Of a stretch of DNA of 58,914 nt, positions 47,481 through 56,915 are shown piece by piece. Numbering within the stretch: the first letter of the stretch is position 1; the number at the start of each line of letters is the position of its first letter. The notes beneath the pieces were generated by a model, which was not told the origin of the DNA, ran no database searches, and was given only the letters and a program-made list of their open reading frames with translations. Source of the DNA: Candidatus Limnocylindria bacterium (GTDB taxonomy: Bacteria; Chloroflexota; Limnocylindria; QHBO01); the NCBI GenBank assembly GCA_044866355.1, contig JBIOTW010000037.1, forward strand, positions 1-58,914, read 5' to 3'. Position numbers and translations under genes: made by a program.

Positions 47481-47737
47481 CCGGACCCGAGCCGAACGCG
47501 ACTGAGGACCTGGCCGGCCGGCCGTTCGACGAGCTCGTGGCCGAGCTGCAGCGCATCGTTCAGACCCTCGAAGCCGGCACGGTGGGGCTCGAGGAGAGCA
47601 TCGCCCTGTACCGCGAGGGCCTCCGCCTCCACGCCGCGTGCGAGGAGCGGTTGAAGGCCGCTGAGCTGGCAATCACCGAGCTGGGTCGTCGCGGCCTGGC
47701 CGGCGCCGAGGGTCCCGAGCCGACCGCCGGCGGCTGA
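47477..47737 (+). CDS. xseB: Exodeoxyribonuclease VII small subunit
   Basis: FDELVAELQRIVQTLEAG..LEESIALYREG..L...C...L..AE. Confidence 0.95.
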   Translation: MTGPEPNATEDLAGRPFDELVAELQRIVQTLEAGTVGLEESIALYREGLRLHAACEERLKAAELAITELGRRGLAGAEGPEPTAGG

Positions 47738-47743
47738 CCCGTT

Positions 47744-47779
47744 CCGATGCCCCGCGGGGCTGGCCCCGCGGGGCATCGG
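47744..47779. repeat. Perfect 17-bp inverted repeat abutting the dxs -10 element
   Basis: CCGATGCCCCGCGGGGC-TG-GCCCCGCGGGGCATCGG, followed by TATACT at 47782. Confidence 0.9.
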
Positions 47780-47797
47780 TCTATACTCGCCTCCGTT

Positions 47798-49771
47798 TTG
47801 ACCGCCACCAGATCGACCGTCCTGGAGCGAATCTCCGAGCCCGCCCAGCTTCGGTCGTTGACCGATGCCGAGCTGGACCAGCTGGCGGCCGACCTCCGCG
47901 AGAAGATGATCCGCACCGTTCACCAGACCGGTGGCCACCTCGCGTCGTCGCTCGGGGCGGTGGAGATCGCGATCGCCCTGCACCGGGTCATGGACTCCCC
48001 GCGCGACCGGATCGTGTGGGACACCGGGCACCAGGCCTACGCCCATAAGCTCCTCACCGGTCGGGCCCAGGCGTTCGACACCCTGCGCCAGGTGGGCGGC
48101 ATCGGCGGGTTTCCGCGCCGCTCGGAGAGCGAGCACGACGTGTTCGATGGCGGCCATGCCGGGACCGGGGTGAGCATCGCCTCCGGCCTGGCCGCGGCCC
48201 GGGACCTGCGGCCCGCGAACGACCCGCGCCGAGCTCAGCGGATCGCGGTGTGCGTGGGCGACGCGGCCGTGACCAGCGGGCTCACCCTCGAAGCGCTGAA
48301 TCACCTGGGCCATACCCACACCCGGCTCCTGATCGTGCTCAACGACAACGAGATGAGCATCAGCCCATCGGTGGGCGGGCTGTCGACCCGCCTGAACCGG
48401 ATCCGGCTCTCGCGCGCCTACCAGGAGACCAAGTCGCTCACGGCGCGGATCCTGCCCCGGGTGCCCCTCATCGGTAAGCCGCTGTACGCCGCCCTGGGCT
48501 GGGCCAAGGAGGGCTTCAAGCGCTCGTGGGCCAAGGTGTCGTTCTTCGAGGACATGGGGATCACCTACATCGGCGTCCTGGATGGCCACGACCGGGCCGA
48601 CCTGGAGAAGGCCTTCGAAGCCGCGTTCCACATCGACCGCCCGGTCCTCATCCACGTCAAGACCGTCAAGGGCCGTGGGTTTCTCCCCGCCGAGGAGGAC
48701 AGCCAGGCCTTCCACGGGGCGAGCCTGCCCCCGATCGACCTGGGCCTCATCGACCCGACCGAGGAGCCGCTGCCGGCCCCCGGTACGTCTCGGGGCAAGC
48801 CGAAGTCGTACACCCACGTCTTTGCCGAGGAGCTGATCCGGCTGGCGGAGTCCGATCCGCGGATCTGCGCGCTCACCGCCGGGATGCCCACGGGCACCGG
48901 CCTGGCCGCATTCCAGCAGCGGTTCCCGACCCGGTTCTTCGACGTGGGGATCGCCGAGCAGCACGCGCTGACCATGGCCACCGGACTGGCCCTGGCCGGC
49001 ATGCGCCCGGTGGTGGCCATCTACTCGACCTTCAGCCAGCGTGCCTTCGACCAGCTCGTCCACGACGTGTGCCAGAACAACGCCCCGGTGGTCGTGGCCA
49101 TCGACCGAGCGGGTCTGGTGGGGGAGGATGGGACCAGCCACCAGGGGATGTTCACCCTGCCGGCCCAGCGGGCCCTGCCCAACCTGGTCATCGGGTCACC
49201 CCGCGACGAACAGGAGCTGCGGGACATGCTCGTGACCGCCCTGGCGCACGATGGACCGATCTCGCTCCACTACCCGCGCGATGCCGGCGAGGACCTGCCC
49301 GACCGGGTCGGGCGGGCGCTGGAGATCGGGAAGGGCGAGGTCCTGCGCGAGGGGGCCGACCTGCTCCTGGTCGGCTTCGGTCCGATCGTGCAGCGCCTGA
49401 TCCGAGCCGCCGACCTGCTCCAGGCATCAGGTGTGGCATCCACCGTCGTCAACGCCCGCTGGGCGAAGCCCATGGATGCCGGGCTGCTGGCCCGCCTGGC
49501 GGCAGGGAAGCGCCTGGTCGTCAGTGCCGAGGAATCCGCGCCCATGGGCGGGTTCGGTGACGGGGTCCTGGACGTGCTCAACCAGGCCGAGGTGCACGCT
49601 CCAGTCCTGAAGGTCGCGCTCAGCGAGGGATTCGTCGACCACGGTTCGGTGGACGCCCTGCGCCGCGAGCAGCGCATCGACACCGACGGAATCGTGTCTC
49701 GCATCCGCGAGGCGCTGGGGATCGACGTGGCAGCCGACGAGAGCCGCGCCCCGACGTCGACCGCGGCCTGA
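47798..49771 (+). CDS. dxs: 1-deoxy-D-xylulose-5-phosphate synthase
   Basis: GGHLASSLG, WDTGHQAYAHK, LNDNEMSIS, DVGIAEQHA, YSTF and DRAG motifs. Confidence 0.97.
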   Translation: MTATRSTVLERISEPAQLRSLTDAELDQLAADLREKMIRTVHQTGGHLASSLGAVEIAIALHRVMDSPRDRIVWDTGHQAYAHKLLTGRAQAFDTLRQVGGIGGFPRRSESEHDVFDGGHAGTGVSIASGLAAARDLRPANDPRRAQRIAVCVGDAAVTSGLTLEALNHLGHTHTRLLIVLNDNEMSISPSVGGLSTRLNRIRLSRAYQETKSLTARILPRVPLIGKPLYAALGWAKEGFKRSWAKVSFFEDMGITYIGVLDGHDRADLEKAFEAAFHIDRPVLIHVKTVKGRGFLPAEEDSQAFHGASLPPIDLGLIDPTEEPLPAPGTSRGKPKSYTHVFAEELIRLAESDPRICALTAGMPTGTGLAAFQQRFPTRFFDVGIAEQHALTMATGLALAGMRPVVAIYSTFSQRAFDQLVHDVCQNNAPVVVAIDRAGLVGEDGTSHQGMFTLPAQRALPNLVIGSPRDEQELRDMLVTALAHDGPISLHYPRDAGEDLPDRVGRALEIGKGEVLREGADLLLVGFGPIVQRLIRAADLLQASGVASTVVNARWAKPMDAGLLARLAAGKRLVVSAEESAPMGGFGDGVLDVLNQAEVHAPVLKVALSEGFVDHGSVDALRREQRIDTDGIVSRIREALGIDVAADESRAPTSTAA

Positions 49772-49774
49772 CCG

Positions 49775-50620
49775 ATGCCCGGCCCCGGGCCGGGAGCCCG
49801 CGTCCGCGCCGACCAGCTGATCGTGGATCGCGGCCTGGCCAGGTCCCGGGCCGAGGCGCAGGCCCTCATCCTGGCCGGAGCCATTCGGATCGAGGGCGCG
49901 GAGGGCCGCCGCTTGTCGGCGGGGCAGCGCCTGGACCCGTCTCTGGGCCTGGTCCGCGAGGCGGGGCCGACCTGGGCGTCCCGTGGCGGAGAGAAGCTGG
50001 CGGCGGCGCTGGACGGGTTCCAGGTGGAAGTCGAAGGGCTCGTCTGCCTCGACGCCGGGGCCTCGACCGGCGGCTTCACCGATGTCCTCCTGGCGCGCGG
50101 GGCACGGCGGGTGTACGCCGTGGACGTCGGGCACGGCCAGCTCGTGCCGCGCCTGGCCCAGGAACCAAGGGTCGTGGTCCTGGACCGCACGAACCTCCGG
50201 AAACTCACATCCCTCCCGGAGCCGATCGACCTGGCCACGCTGGACCTGTCATTCATTTCGCTGCGCCTCGTGCTGGTGCCGGTCCGGCGCCTGCTGGCGC
50301 CCGGCGGGCGGGTCGTGGCGCTGGTCAAGCCCCAGTTCGAGGCCGGCCGCGCTGACGTGCCGCGGGGTGGCGTGATCCGCGATTCAGCCGTCCATCGCCG
50401 TGTCCTGGTCCGGTTGGCCGCCGACGCGCGGGAGGCGGGCCTGGCGGCGGTGGACCTGCTGTCCTCGCCGCGGACCGGACGCCAGGGCAACCGGGAGTTC
50501 CTGGCTCTCTTGCGGGCGGTTGGCCCCGAGGCCGCGGACGTCCCCTCGGACACGGCGGCGGAGGACGCGGCGTGGGGCAGGCTGGTCGACGGCGCCTTGG
50601 AGTCGCGTATTACGATTTGA
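49775..50620 (+). CDS. tlyA: TlyA family rRNA methyltransferase
   Basis: S4 domain, SRGGEKL, DAGASTGGFT, DLSFISL, LVKPQFEAG and GNREF motifs. Confidence 0.95.
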   Translation: MPGPGPGARVRADQLIVDRGLARSRAEAQALILAGAIRIEGAEGRRLSAGQRLDPSLGLVREAGPTWASRGGEKLAAALDGFQVEVEGLVCLDAGASTGGFTDVLLARGARRVYAVDVGHGQLVPRLAQEPRVVVLDRTNLRKLTSLPEPIDLATLDLSFISLRLVLVPVRRLLAPGGRVVALVKPQFEAGRADVPRGGVIRDSAVHRRVLVRLAADAREAGLAAVDLLSSPRTGRQGNREFLALLRAVGPEAADVPSDTAAEDAAWGRLVDGALESRITI

Positions 50621-50622
50621 CC

Positions 50623-50964
50623 GTGGCCAGGACCGCCGATCGCACGCCCAAGGACGAGCAGCTGAGCGTGGGATTCGACCTGGATCCCATCACCTCCGCG
50701 CCGGAGCTTCCGTCAGACACGATGCGCCAGATCGTCTCGATCCGGATGCCGGACGCCCTCATCGAGCGCGTGGACGCGGTCGCCCGCTCGCGGGGCGTCT
50801 CGCCCTCATCGCTGATGCGCGCCCTGATCGCGGCCGGCCTGGATCGCTCATACGCGGCGCTGACCGAGTCCGAGGCCGCCGCCGACCTCGCGTCTGAGCT
50901 GGCGGCGCTGCGCCAGCGGGTCGAGGACATCGCCACTACCCTGGCGGCTGAACGCCCATCGTGA
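50623..50964 (+). CDS. Ribbon-helix-helix (CopG-like) DNA-binding protein
   Basis: IVSIRMPDALIERVDAVARSRGVSPSSLMRALI followed by a coiled coil. TACGAT 6 nt upstream of GTG. Confidence 0.8.
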   Translation: MARTADRTPKDEQLSVGFDLDPITSAPELPSDTMRQIVSIRMPDALIERVDAVARSRGVSPSSLMRALIAAGLDRSYAALTESEAAADLASELAALRQRVEDIATTLAAERPS

Positions 50965-51812
50965 GCGAGGGGCGGCTCGGGCGCATCGGCTTCGCGGTCA
51001 GCCGATACAACCCACAGGCCGTCGCCGTCCTGGAGCGCGGTCGTGCCTGGTGCGCGGCCCATGGCATCCCGGCCTGGGACGCGGTCGCCGACGACGAGGA
51101 GCGGCTGAGCGCCGAGCTGGCGGGCAGCGACCTGGTGACGGTGCTGGGTGGAGACGGGACGTTCCTGCGCGTGGCCCGGGCCATCGGGGACACCCAGGTC
51201 CCGGCGCTGGGCGTCAACCTGGGACGGGTCGGATTCCTGGCCAAGGTCGAGCCCGACGACCTGGAGGCCGCGCTGGATGGCATGGCCGCGGGCCGCTACA
51301 CCCTGGCCGAGCGGATGCGGCTGGGCGCGACCATCTCCCGCCAGGACGGCAGCAGCCTGTCGGCCGCCTGCCTCAACGAGGTGGTGGTCGCCCGCGCCGC
51401 GCAGGTCCGCCTCATCCAGGTCGAGGTCGAGGTCAGCGGGAGCCACCTGGCCACCTACCTCGCCGACGGCGTGGTCGTCGCCACCCCCACCGGTTCGACC
51501 GCCTACTCGTACTCGGCCGGCGGCGCGGTCGTCGACCCGCGGCTGCGCAACCTGGTCATCACCCCGGTGGCCGCGTACCTGTCGGCCATCCACAGCGTGG
51601 TAGCCGGTGAGGACCACCTGATCCGTCTCCGTCTGCGCGAGGCGTTCGGCGGGGCCGTGGTCTCGTTCGACGGCCAGCGCGACGTGGCACTGGAGGTCGG
51701 GGAGTGGGTCGAGGTTCGCGCCCTGCCCAACCCCCTGCGCCTGGTCGAGCCCGAGGGCAGCACCCCGTTCTACGACCTGCTGCGCACCAAGGCCTCGCTC
51801 CTGCCGGACTGA
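50961..51812 (+). CDS. nadK: NAD(+) kinase
   Basis: LGGDGT, GVNLGRVGFL, LNE and DGVVVATPTGSTAYSYSAGG motifs. Confidence 0.96.
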   Translation: MSEGRLGRIGFAVSRYNPQAVAVLERGRAWCAAHGIPAWDAVADDEERLSAELAGSDLVTVLGGDGTFLRVARAIGDTQVPALGVNLGRVGFLAKVEPDDLEAALDGMAAGRYTLAERMRLGATISRQDGSSLSAACLNEVVVARAAQVRLIQVEVEVSGSHLATYLADGVVVATPTGSTAYSYSAGGAVVDPRLRNLVITPVAAYLSAIHSVVAGEDHLIRLRLREAFGGAVVSFDGQRDVALEVGEWVEVRALPNPLRLVEPEGSTPFYDLLRTKASLLPD

Positions 51813-51821
51813 CCTGTCCCC

Positions 51822-52718
51822 ATGGCGCCCCAGTCCCGCACCGATCCCCGCCTCCGGGCGGCGGTGGACGACTTCCTGCTCGAGCTCCGCGTGGAGCGCG
51901 GCCTGTCGCCGTTGACCATCGCGGCCTATCGGCGCGACCTCGACCAGTTCGCGACCGGCGCCGGCACCGCGTGGCGCGACGACCCGGCCACGGTGAGCGC
52001 CTTCGTGGCCCGCCTGCGCCGCCAGGGCCGCCGCGCGACGACCCAGGCACGCAAGGTGGCCGCCATCCGGAGCTTCTACGGATTCGCCCGGCGAGAGGGG
52101 ATCATCGATCGCAACCTGGCCGACCTCATCGACCCGCCACGCCCGGGGCGCTATCTCCCCGAGGTCCTGGCCCGAGACCAGGTCGAGCGCATCCTGTCGG
52201 CGCCGGGTGAAGACCCGTCCGACATCCGCGACGCCGCCATTCTCGAACTGCTGTACGCCTGCGGCCTGCGGGTCAGCGAGCTGACCGGGCTCGACCTCGA
52301 CCGCCTGAACCTGCCGGGCCTCGAGGTCCGGGTCATCGGAAAGGGCAACAAGGAGCGGCGCGTCCCGATGGGCGAGCCGGCACGGGACCGGCTGCATCGG
52401 TACATCAGCGGACCCCGCAAGGAGTGGAGCGCCGGCCATCCAAGCCCGGCCGTCTTTCTCTCACGGCGAGGTTCTCGCCTGGGTCGGGAAGCGGTGTGGC
52501 GCCTGGTGCGGCGCTGGGGCCGAGCCGGGATCGGCGAGGACGTCACCCCCCACACCTTCCGCCACAGCTTCGCCACCCATCTGCTCGAGGGCGGCGCCGA
52601 TCTCCGCGTGGTCCAGTCCCTGTTGGGCCATGCTAGCATCAGCACCACCCAGCTCTATACCCACCTGACCGGCGAGCGCCTGCGTGAGGTGTACGCTCGG
52701 GCGCACCCGCGAGCCTGA
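51822..52718 (+). CDS. xerD: Tyrosine recombinase XerD-like
   Basis: ERGLSPLTIAAYRRDL, LYACGLRVSEL, GKGNKER, PHTFRHSFATH and ISTTQLYTH motifs. Confidence 0.92.
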   Translation: MAPQSRTDPRLRAAVDDFLLELRVERGLSPLTIAAYRRDLDQFATGAGTAWRDDPATVSAFVARLRRQGRRATTQARKVAAIRSFYGFARREGIIDRNLADLIDPPRPGRYLPEVLARDQVERILSAPGEDPSDIRDAAILELLYACGLRVSELTGLDLDRLNLPGLEVRVIGKGNKERRVPMGEPARDRLHRYISGPRKEWSAGHPSPAVFLSRRGSRLGREAVWRLVRRWGRAGIGEDVTPHTFRHSFATHLLEGGADLRVVQSLLGHASISTTQLYTHLTGERLREVYARAHPRA

Positions 52719-52734
52719 GGAGCGCTACAGATCC

Positions 52735-53553
52735 ATGAGTTATGCCCGCAAGCTGCTGGCGCGAGGCGAGGAGATCGTCTTCGAGAGCGGCCAGCACTGG
52801 TTCGCGGTGGTGGGCCGGTCGTGGTGGGCCATCGCCATCGCGATCGTGGCCCTGGCCGTCCTGATGTGGGTGGCCGGCCCGCCCGAGGAGCCCCTCGACG
52901 GTCCCGCGGAGGTCGTCGCCCTGGGCCTGTTGCTGATCGCGTTCGCGCGCATTGGCTGGGTGATCTGGGGCTGGCGCAACACCGAGTTCCTGGTCACCAC
53001 CCGACGCATCATTCGGGCCGAGGGCATCCTGAACAAGCGGATGTCCGACTCCAGCCTGGAGAAGGTCAACGACGCGCACCTGACCCAGAACGTGTTCGGG
53101 CGGATCTTCGGATTCGGGGACCTCGACATCCTGACCGCCGCCGACGAGCTGGGCGGCATCGAGGACTTCCCGCTGCTCGCCGACCCGGTGGACTTCAAGA
53201 TCGCGATGCTCAACCAGAAGGAGCTTCTCGAGCGACCCGACCTGGCGGCACCCGCCTACCAGCGCCAGCCGGCGCCGACCATGCGTCCGGCTGAGCCGAT
53301 GTCGCCGCGGGCGGGCAGCGATCGGGTGACCGTCATCGACGAGCGGTCGGAGGCGGCTCCGGTTTCGGCTCCGGCGTCTTCGCCACCGCCCGCGGCTCCT
53401 CCCGCGCCAACTCCCGAGGCGCCCGCCCCGAGCGGGAATCCGGCTGATGACGCGGCCGCCACGCTCGAACGGCTGGCCTCCCTCCGCGATCGGGGCCTGA
53501 TCACGGCCGAGGAATACGACGCCAAGAAGCGCGAGCTCCTGGAGCGGATCTAG
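52735..53553 (+). CDS. Membrane protein with bacterial PH (bPH_2-like) domain and C-terminal SHOCT domain
   Basis: Two TM helices, VTTRRII..GIL, GRIFGFGDL, Pro-rich linker, LERLASLRDRGLITAEEYDAKKRELL. Confidence 0.85.
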   Translation: MSYARKLLARGEEIVFESGQHWFAVVGRSWWAIAIAIVALAVLMWVAGPPEEPLDGPAEVVALGLLLIAFARIGWVIWGWRNTEFLVTTRRIIRAEGILNKRMSDSSLEKVNDAHLTQNVFGRIFGFGDLDILTAADELGGIEDFPLLADPVDFKIAMLNQKELLERPDLAAPAYQRQPAPTMRPAEPMSPRAGSDRVTVIDERSEAAPVSAPASSPPPAAPPAPTPEAPAPSGNPADDAAATLERLASLRDRGLITAEEYDAKKRELLERI

Positions 53554-53554
53554 C

Positions 53555-54418
53555 GTGGCCGAAGCCCCGGCCACCGCACCGCTGGGCACGCGCATCGAGG
53601 CCGCCGCCGAGGTCATCGGCACGCGACTGGCGGTCGAGCCGGCGTTGGCCACGCCGCAGCTGGGACTGGTCCTGGGATCCGGGCTGGGGGCGGTGGTCGA
53701 CCTCCTGGACGCCGCGCCGCGGATCCACATCGCGTATCGCGACATTCCCGAAGTCCCCGTCTCGGGCGTGGCCGGCCATACCGGGGAGCTGGTGGCGGGG
53801 ACGGTCGGAGGCCGGCCGGTGCTGGTCCTGTCGGGCCGGGTGCACGCCTATGAGGGATACACCCACCGCGAGGTCACGATCCTGCTCCGCGCGGCGTTCC
53901 GGATCGGACTGACGACGGTCGTCCTGACCAACGCCGCCGGCGGGCTGAACCCGGCCTTCGAGCCCGGCGAGCTGATGCTCGTCAGCGACCACATCAACCT
54001 GTCGGGCGACAACCCGCTGTTCGGCCCCAACGTGGACGCGATGGGGCCCCGCTTCCCGGCCCTGACCGACGCGTACGACGCCGACCTGGCGGCGCGCGCC
54101 CGTGCCGCCGCCAAGCGCACCGGCGTCCGACTCCACGAGGGGGTGTACGTCATGCTCGCCGGCCCGAACTACGAGACCCGCGCCGAGCTGCGGATGCTGC
54201 GCGGCCTGGGAGCCGATGCCGTGGGCATGTCCACCGTGCTGGAGGTCATCGTCGCCCGCCACGCCGGCGTGCGCGTCCTCGCCATCTCCCTGATCGCCAA
54301 CAAGGCGACCCCTGACGTCGAGGTCGGCGCCAGCCACCAGGAGGTCATCGAGATGGGGAAGGTCGGCGCCGCGCGCCTGGCGACGCTGCTCGGCGACCTG
54401 CTGCCGGAGATCGCGTAG
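53555..54418 (+). CDS. Purine nucleoside phosphorylase
   Basis: LVLGSGLG, GRVHAYEG, LTNAAGGLN, GPNYET and DAVGMST motifs. Confidence 0.95.
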   Translation: MAEAPATAPLGTRIEAAAEVIGTRLAVEPALATPQLGLVLGSGLGAVVDLLDAAPRIHIAYRDIPEVPVSGVAGHTGELVAGTVGGRPVLVLSGRVHAYEGYTHREVTILLRAAFRIGLTTVVLTNAAGGLNPAFEPGELMLVSDHINLSGDNPLFGPNVDAMGPRFPALTDAYDADLAARARAAAKRTGVRLHEGVYVMLAGPNYETRAELRMLRGLGADAVGMSTVLEVIVARHAGVRVLAISLIANKATPDVEVGASHQEVIEMGKVGAARLATLLGDLLPEIA

Positions 54419-55033
54419 GTGCTGCTCCTGGGGCTGACCCCGGCGGAGATCGCCGGCATGGTCATCGGCCTGCTGCTGGGCATCACCTTCCACGAGTTCA
54501 GCCACGCCCTGGTGGCGGACCGCCTCGGGGACCATCGGCCGCGGGCCATGGGCCGCGTCTCGCTGAACCCGCTGCGTCATCTCGATCCGCTGGGCACGAT
54601 CCTGCTGGTGCTGGTCGGGTTCGGGTGGGGGCGTCCGGTCCTGGTCAACCCCTCTGCGCTCCGCGGGGGGCGAGAGGGAATGGCCATCGTCGCGGCCGCC
54701 GGGCCGGTGGCCAACGTGGTGATGGCCCTCGTCCTCGCCCTGGTGTTCCGGGTCCTGGAGGCGGCCGGCCTGGACGGCACGCTGGCCGTGGTCCTGGGCA
54801 CCGCCGTGTTCCTGAACCTGCTGCTCGCCATCCTGAACTTCATCCCCATCCCTCCCTTGGACGGCTACAACGTGCTGTTGGCCTTCCTCCCCGCGCACTG
54901 GGTCTTGACCGTCCAGCGCTACGCGCAGTGGGGGATCGTCCTGCTCGTCTTCCTGTTGATCCTGCCGGGAGGTCCACTCCGATGGTTGTTCAGCCTCGCG
55001 CAGCCGTGGACGCGGGCGCTGCTGGGCACGTGA
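54419..55033 (+). CDS. Site-2 protease family (M50) protein
   Basis: HEFSH, SLNPLRHLDP, AGP and NFIPIPPLDG motifs. Confidence 0.95.
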   Translation: MLLLGLTPAEIAGMVIGLLLGITFHEFSHALVADRLGDHRPRAMGRVSLNPLRHLDPLGTILLVLVGFGWGRPVLVNPSALRGGREGMAIVAAAGPVANVVMALVLALVFRVLEAAGLDGTLAVVLGTAVFLNLLLAILNFIPIPPLDGYNVLLAFLPAHWVLTVQRYAQWGIVLLVFLLILPGGPLRWLFSLAQPWTRALLGT

Positions 55034-55049
55034 CGCCCGCGCTCGACAC

Positions 55050-55556
55050 GTGATGCCCGCATCCGGCGTGCGGAGTCGCGTGCGCCAGTTCGTGACCCAC
55101 GTCACCGCGCGGGTCAGCCTCGAGGAGGAGCTGCAGGCCCGCGCCCTGTTGCCGGCGACGGCGTTCGAGCTGTTCGCGGGCATGCCCGTCGCGGACCGCC
55201 GTCATGCGCTCGACGTCTTGGCCCGCCTGCGTCAGGCGGGCGTGACCGATGCCGACGTGCTGACCGCTGCCCTGCTGCACGACGCGGCGAAGGGCAGCCG
55301 CCTGCGCCTGTGGCATCGGGTTGCGGTCGTCCTGGTCGAGGCGGTTGTGCCCGGCCGGCTGGCACGACTGGCCTCGCCGGATCCGAAATCCTGGCGCCAT
55401 CCGTTCCACCTCCACGTCCACCACGCCGAGCTTTCGGCTCGTGCGGCCCTGGACGCCGGCTGCAGCCCGCGCGCAGCGGCCTTCATCCACGGCACGCCGG
55501 GCGGGCCGGACGCGCAGCTGGCGGCCGCACTGCGCGCCGCCGACGCGGCATCCTGA
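55050..55556 (+). CDS. HD domain protein
   Basis: DRRH...AALLHDAAK...HAELSA...LRAAD. Confidence 0.85.
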   Translation: MMPASGVRSRVRQFVTHVTARVSLEEELQARALLPATAFELFAGMPVADRRHALDVLARLRQAGVTDADVLTAALLHDAAKGSRLRLWHRVAVVLVEAVVPGRLARLASPDPKSWRHPFHLHVHHAELSARAALDAGCSPRAAAFIHGTPGGPDAQLAAALRAADAAS

Positions 55557-55560
55557 GCAG

Positions 55561-56364
55561 GTGACGCGCTCGGAAACCACCGATCCGGTCCGCATGGCCG
55601 TCCCGATCCAGAGCGATCCCAGCGTCGCGGTGCCGGTCGGAACGCCGCCCGAGTTCCACGTCGAGCTACCGGTGTTCGAAGGGCCGCTGCCGCTCCTCCT
55701 GCACCTCATCGAGTCGGCCGAACTGGACATCCGCTCGGTGCCGCTGGCCACGGTCGCGGATGCGTACGTGACCTACGTTGCCACCCACCAGGTCGACGCG
55801 GCCAACCTCGCGCAGTTCGTGGCCACTGCGGCGCAGCTCATCCTCATCAAGTCGAGGACCGTGCTTCCCGCCGAGCCCAGCGGCCTGGAGGCGCCTGGCG
55901 TCGAGGACGTGGATGAGGAGGACCTGCGGCGGCGGCTGATCGCGTATCGGGCCATCCGAGACGCGGCTCGCGATCTGGCCGCGCGGGACCTGGTGGCGCC
56001 GATGTGGCGCCGGGAGCCACGCCTGTCCGACCTCCCCGAAGCTCCGCTGGCGCCGCTCGAGCCGGCGGAACTGCCCGACGCCCTGGCGCGCCTGGCGGCC
56101 GTGGCGGAGCCGGAGCCTGCCCCTCCTGAGGTCGTTCCCCGCGAGGTCACGGTAGGTCAGCAGATCGCCGTGCTGCGTGCCGCGTTGGGCGAGACCGGCA
56201 AGGTGGTGCTGCAGACCCTCCTGGCCGTGAGCTCGTCGCGGACCGAGCGCGTCGTGACCCTCCTGGCGGCCCTGGAGCTCATCCGACGGCGCGAGCTTCG
56301 GGCACGCCAGAAGTCCCTCTTCGGACCGATCGTCCTCGAAGTCATTCCTGAAGCCAGCCGATGA
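55561..56364 (+). CDS. scpA: Segregation/condensation protein A
   Basis: FEGPLPLLLHLI, ILIKSR and LAALELIR motifs. Start 55561 or 55594. Confidence 0.93.
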   Translation: MTRSETTDPVRMAVPIQSDPSVAVPVGTPPEFHVELPVFEGPLPLLLHLIESAELDIRSVPLATVADAYVTYVATHQVDAANLAQFVATAAQLILIKSRTVLPAEPSGLEAPGVEDVDEEDLRRRLIAYRAIRDAARDLAARDLVAPMWRREPRLSDLPEAPLAPLEPAELPDALARLAAVAEPEPAPPEVVPREVTVGQQIAVLRAALGETGKVVLQTLLAVSSSRTERVVTLLAALELIRRRELRARQKSLFGPIVLEVIPEASR

Positions 56365-56915
56365 GCAACGACGCCGGCCTGGTTGCCGCCCTCGAGGCCA
56401 TCCTGTTCGTGGCGGATCGACCGCTGGCGACCGGAGAGCTGGCCGACCTGGCCGAGGTCTCGCCGCGCGCCGCGGAAGACGCCCTGGCCGCCCTGGACCA
56501 CGCCCTGACGGGACGCGGGCTGCGCCTGCAGCGACTGGACGGCGCGTGGCAGCTCACCACCGCACCCGAGGTCGCGGACCGGGTCCGCCGCTATGCCGAA
56601 CGCGCGGAGGGGCGGCTCAGCCCAGCCGCCCTGGAGGCACTGGCCGTGGTCGCCTACCGGCAGCCGGTCACGCGTGGTGACGTGGAGCGGGTTCGGGGCG
56701 TGGATTCGGAATCGGTCATCCGTTCCCTGCTGCATCGGCGCCTGATCGAGGAGGTCGGGCGTCGCGACTCGCCCGGGCGCCCGATCCTGTACCGGACCAC
56801 GTTTGCATTCCTCGAGCGGTTCGGCCTCGAGGGCCTCGAACAGCTGCCCCCGCTACCGACTGAGGCCGCCGCCCTGGTGGCCGAGGTCGACGGCGCCGAC
56901 CTGCATGCCGGGTGA
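56361..56915 (+). CDS. scpB: Segregation/condensation protein B
   Basis: LEAILF, LSPAALEALAVVAYRQPVTR, RGV and PGRPILY motifs. Confidence 0.96.
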   Translation: MSNDAGLVAALEAILFVADRPLATGELADLAEVSPRAAEDALAALDHALTGRGLRLQRLDGAWQLTTAPEVADRVRRYAERAEGRLSPAALEALAVVAYRQPVTRGDVERVRGVDSESVIRSLLHRRLIEEVGRRDSPGRPILYRTTFAFLERFGLEGLEQLPPLPTEAAALVAEVDGADLHAG

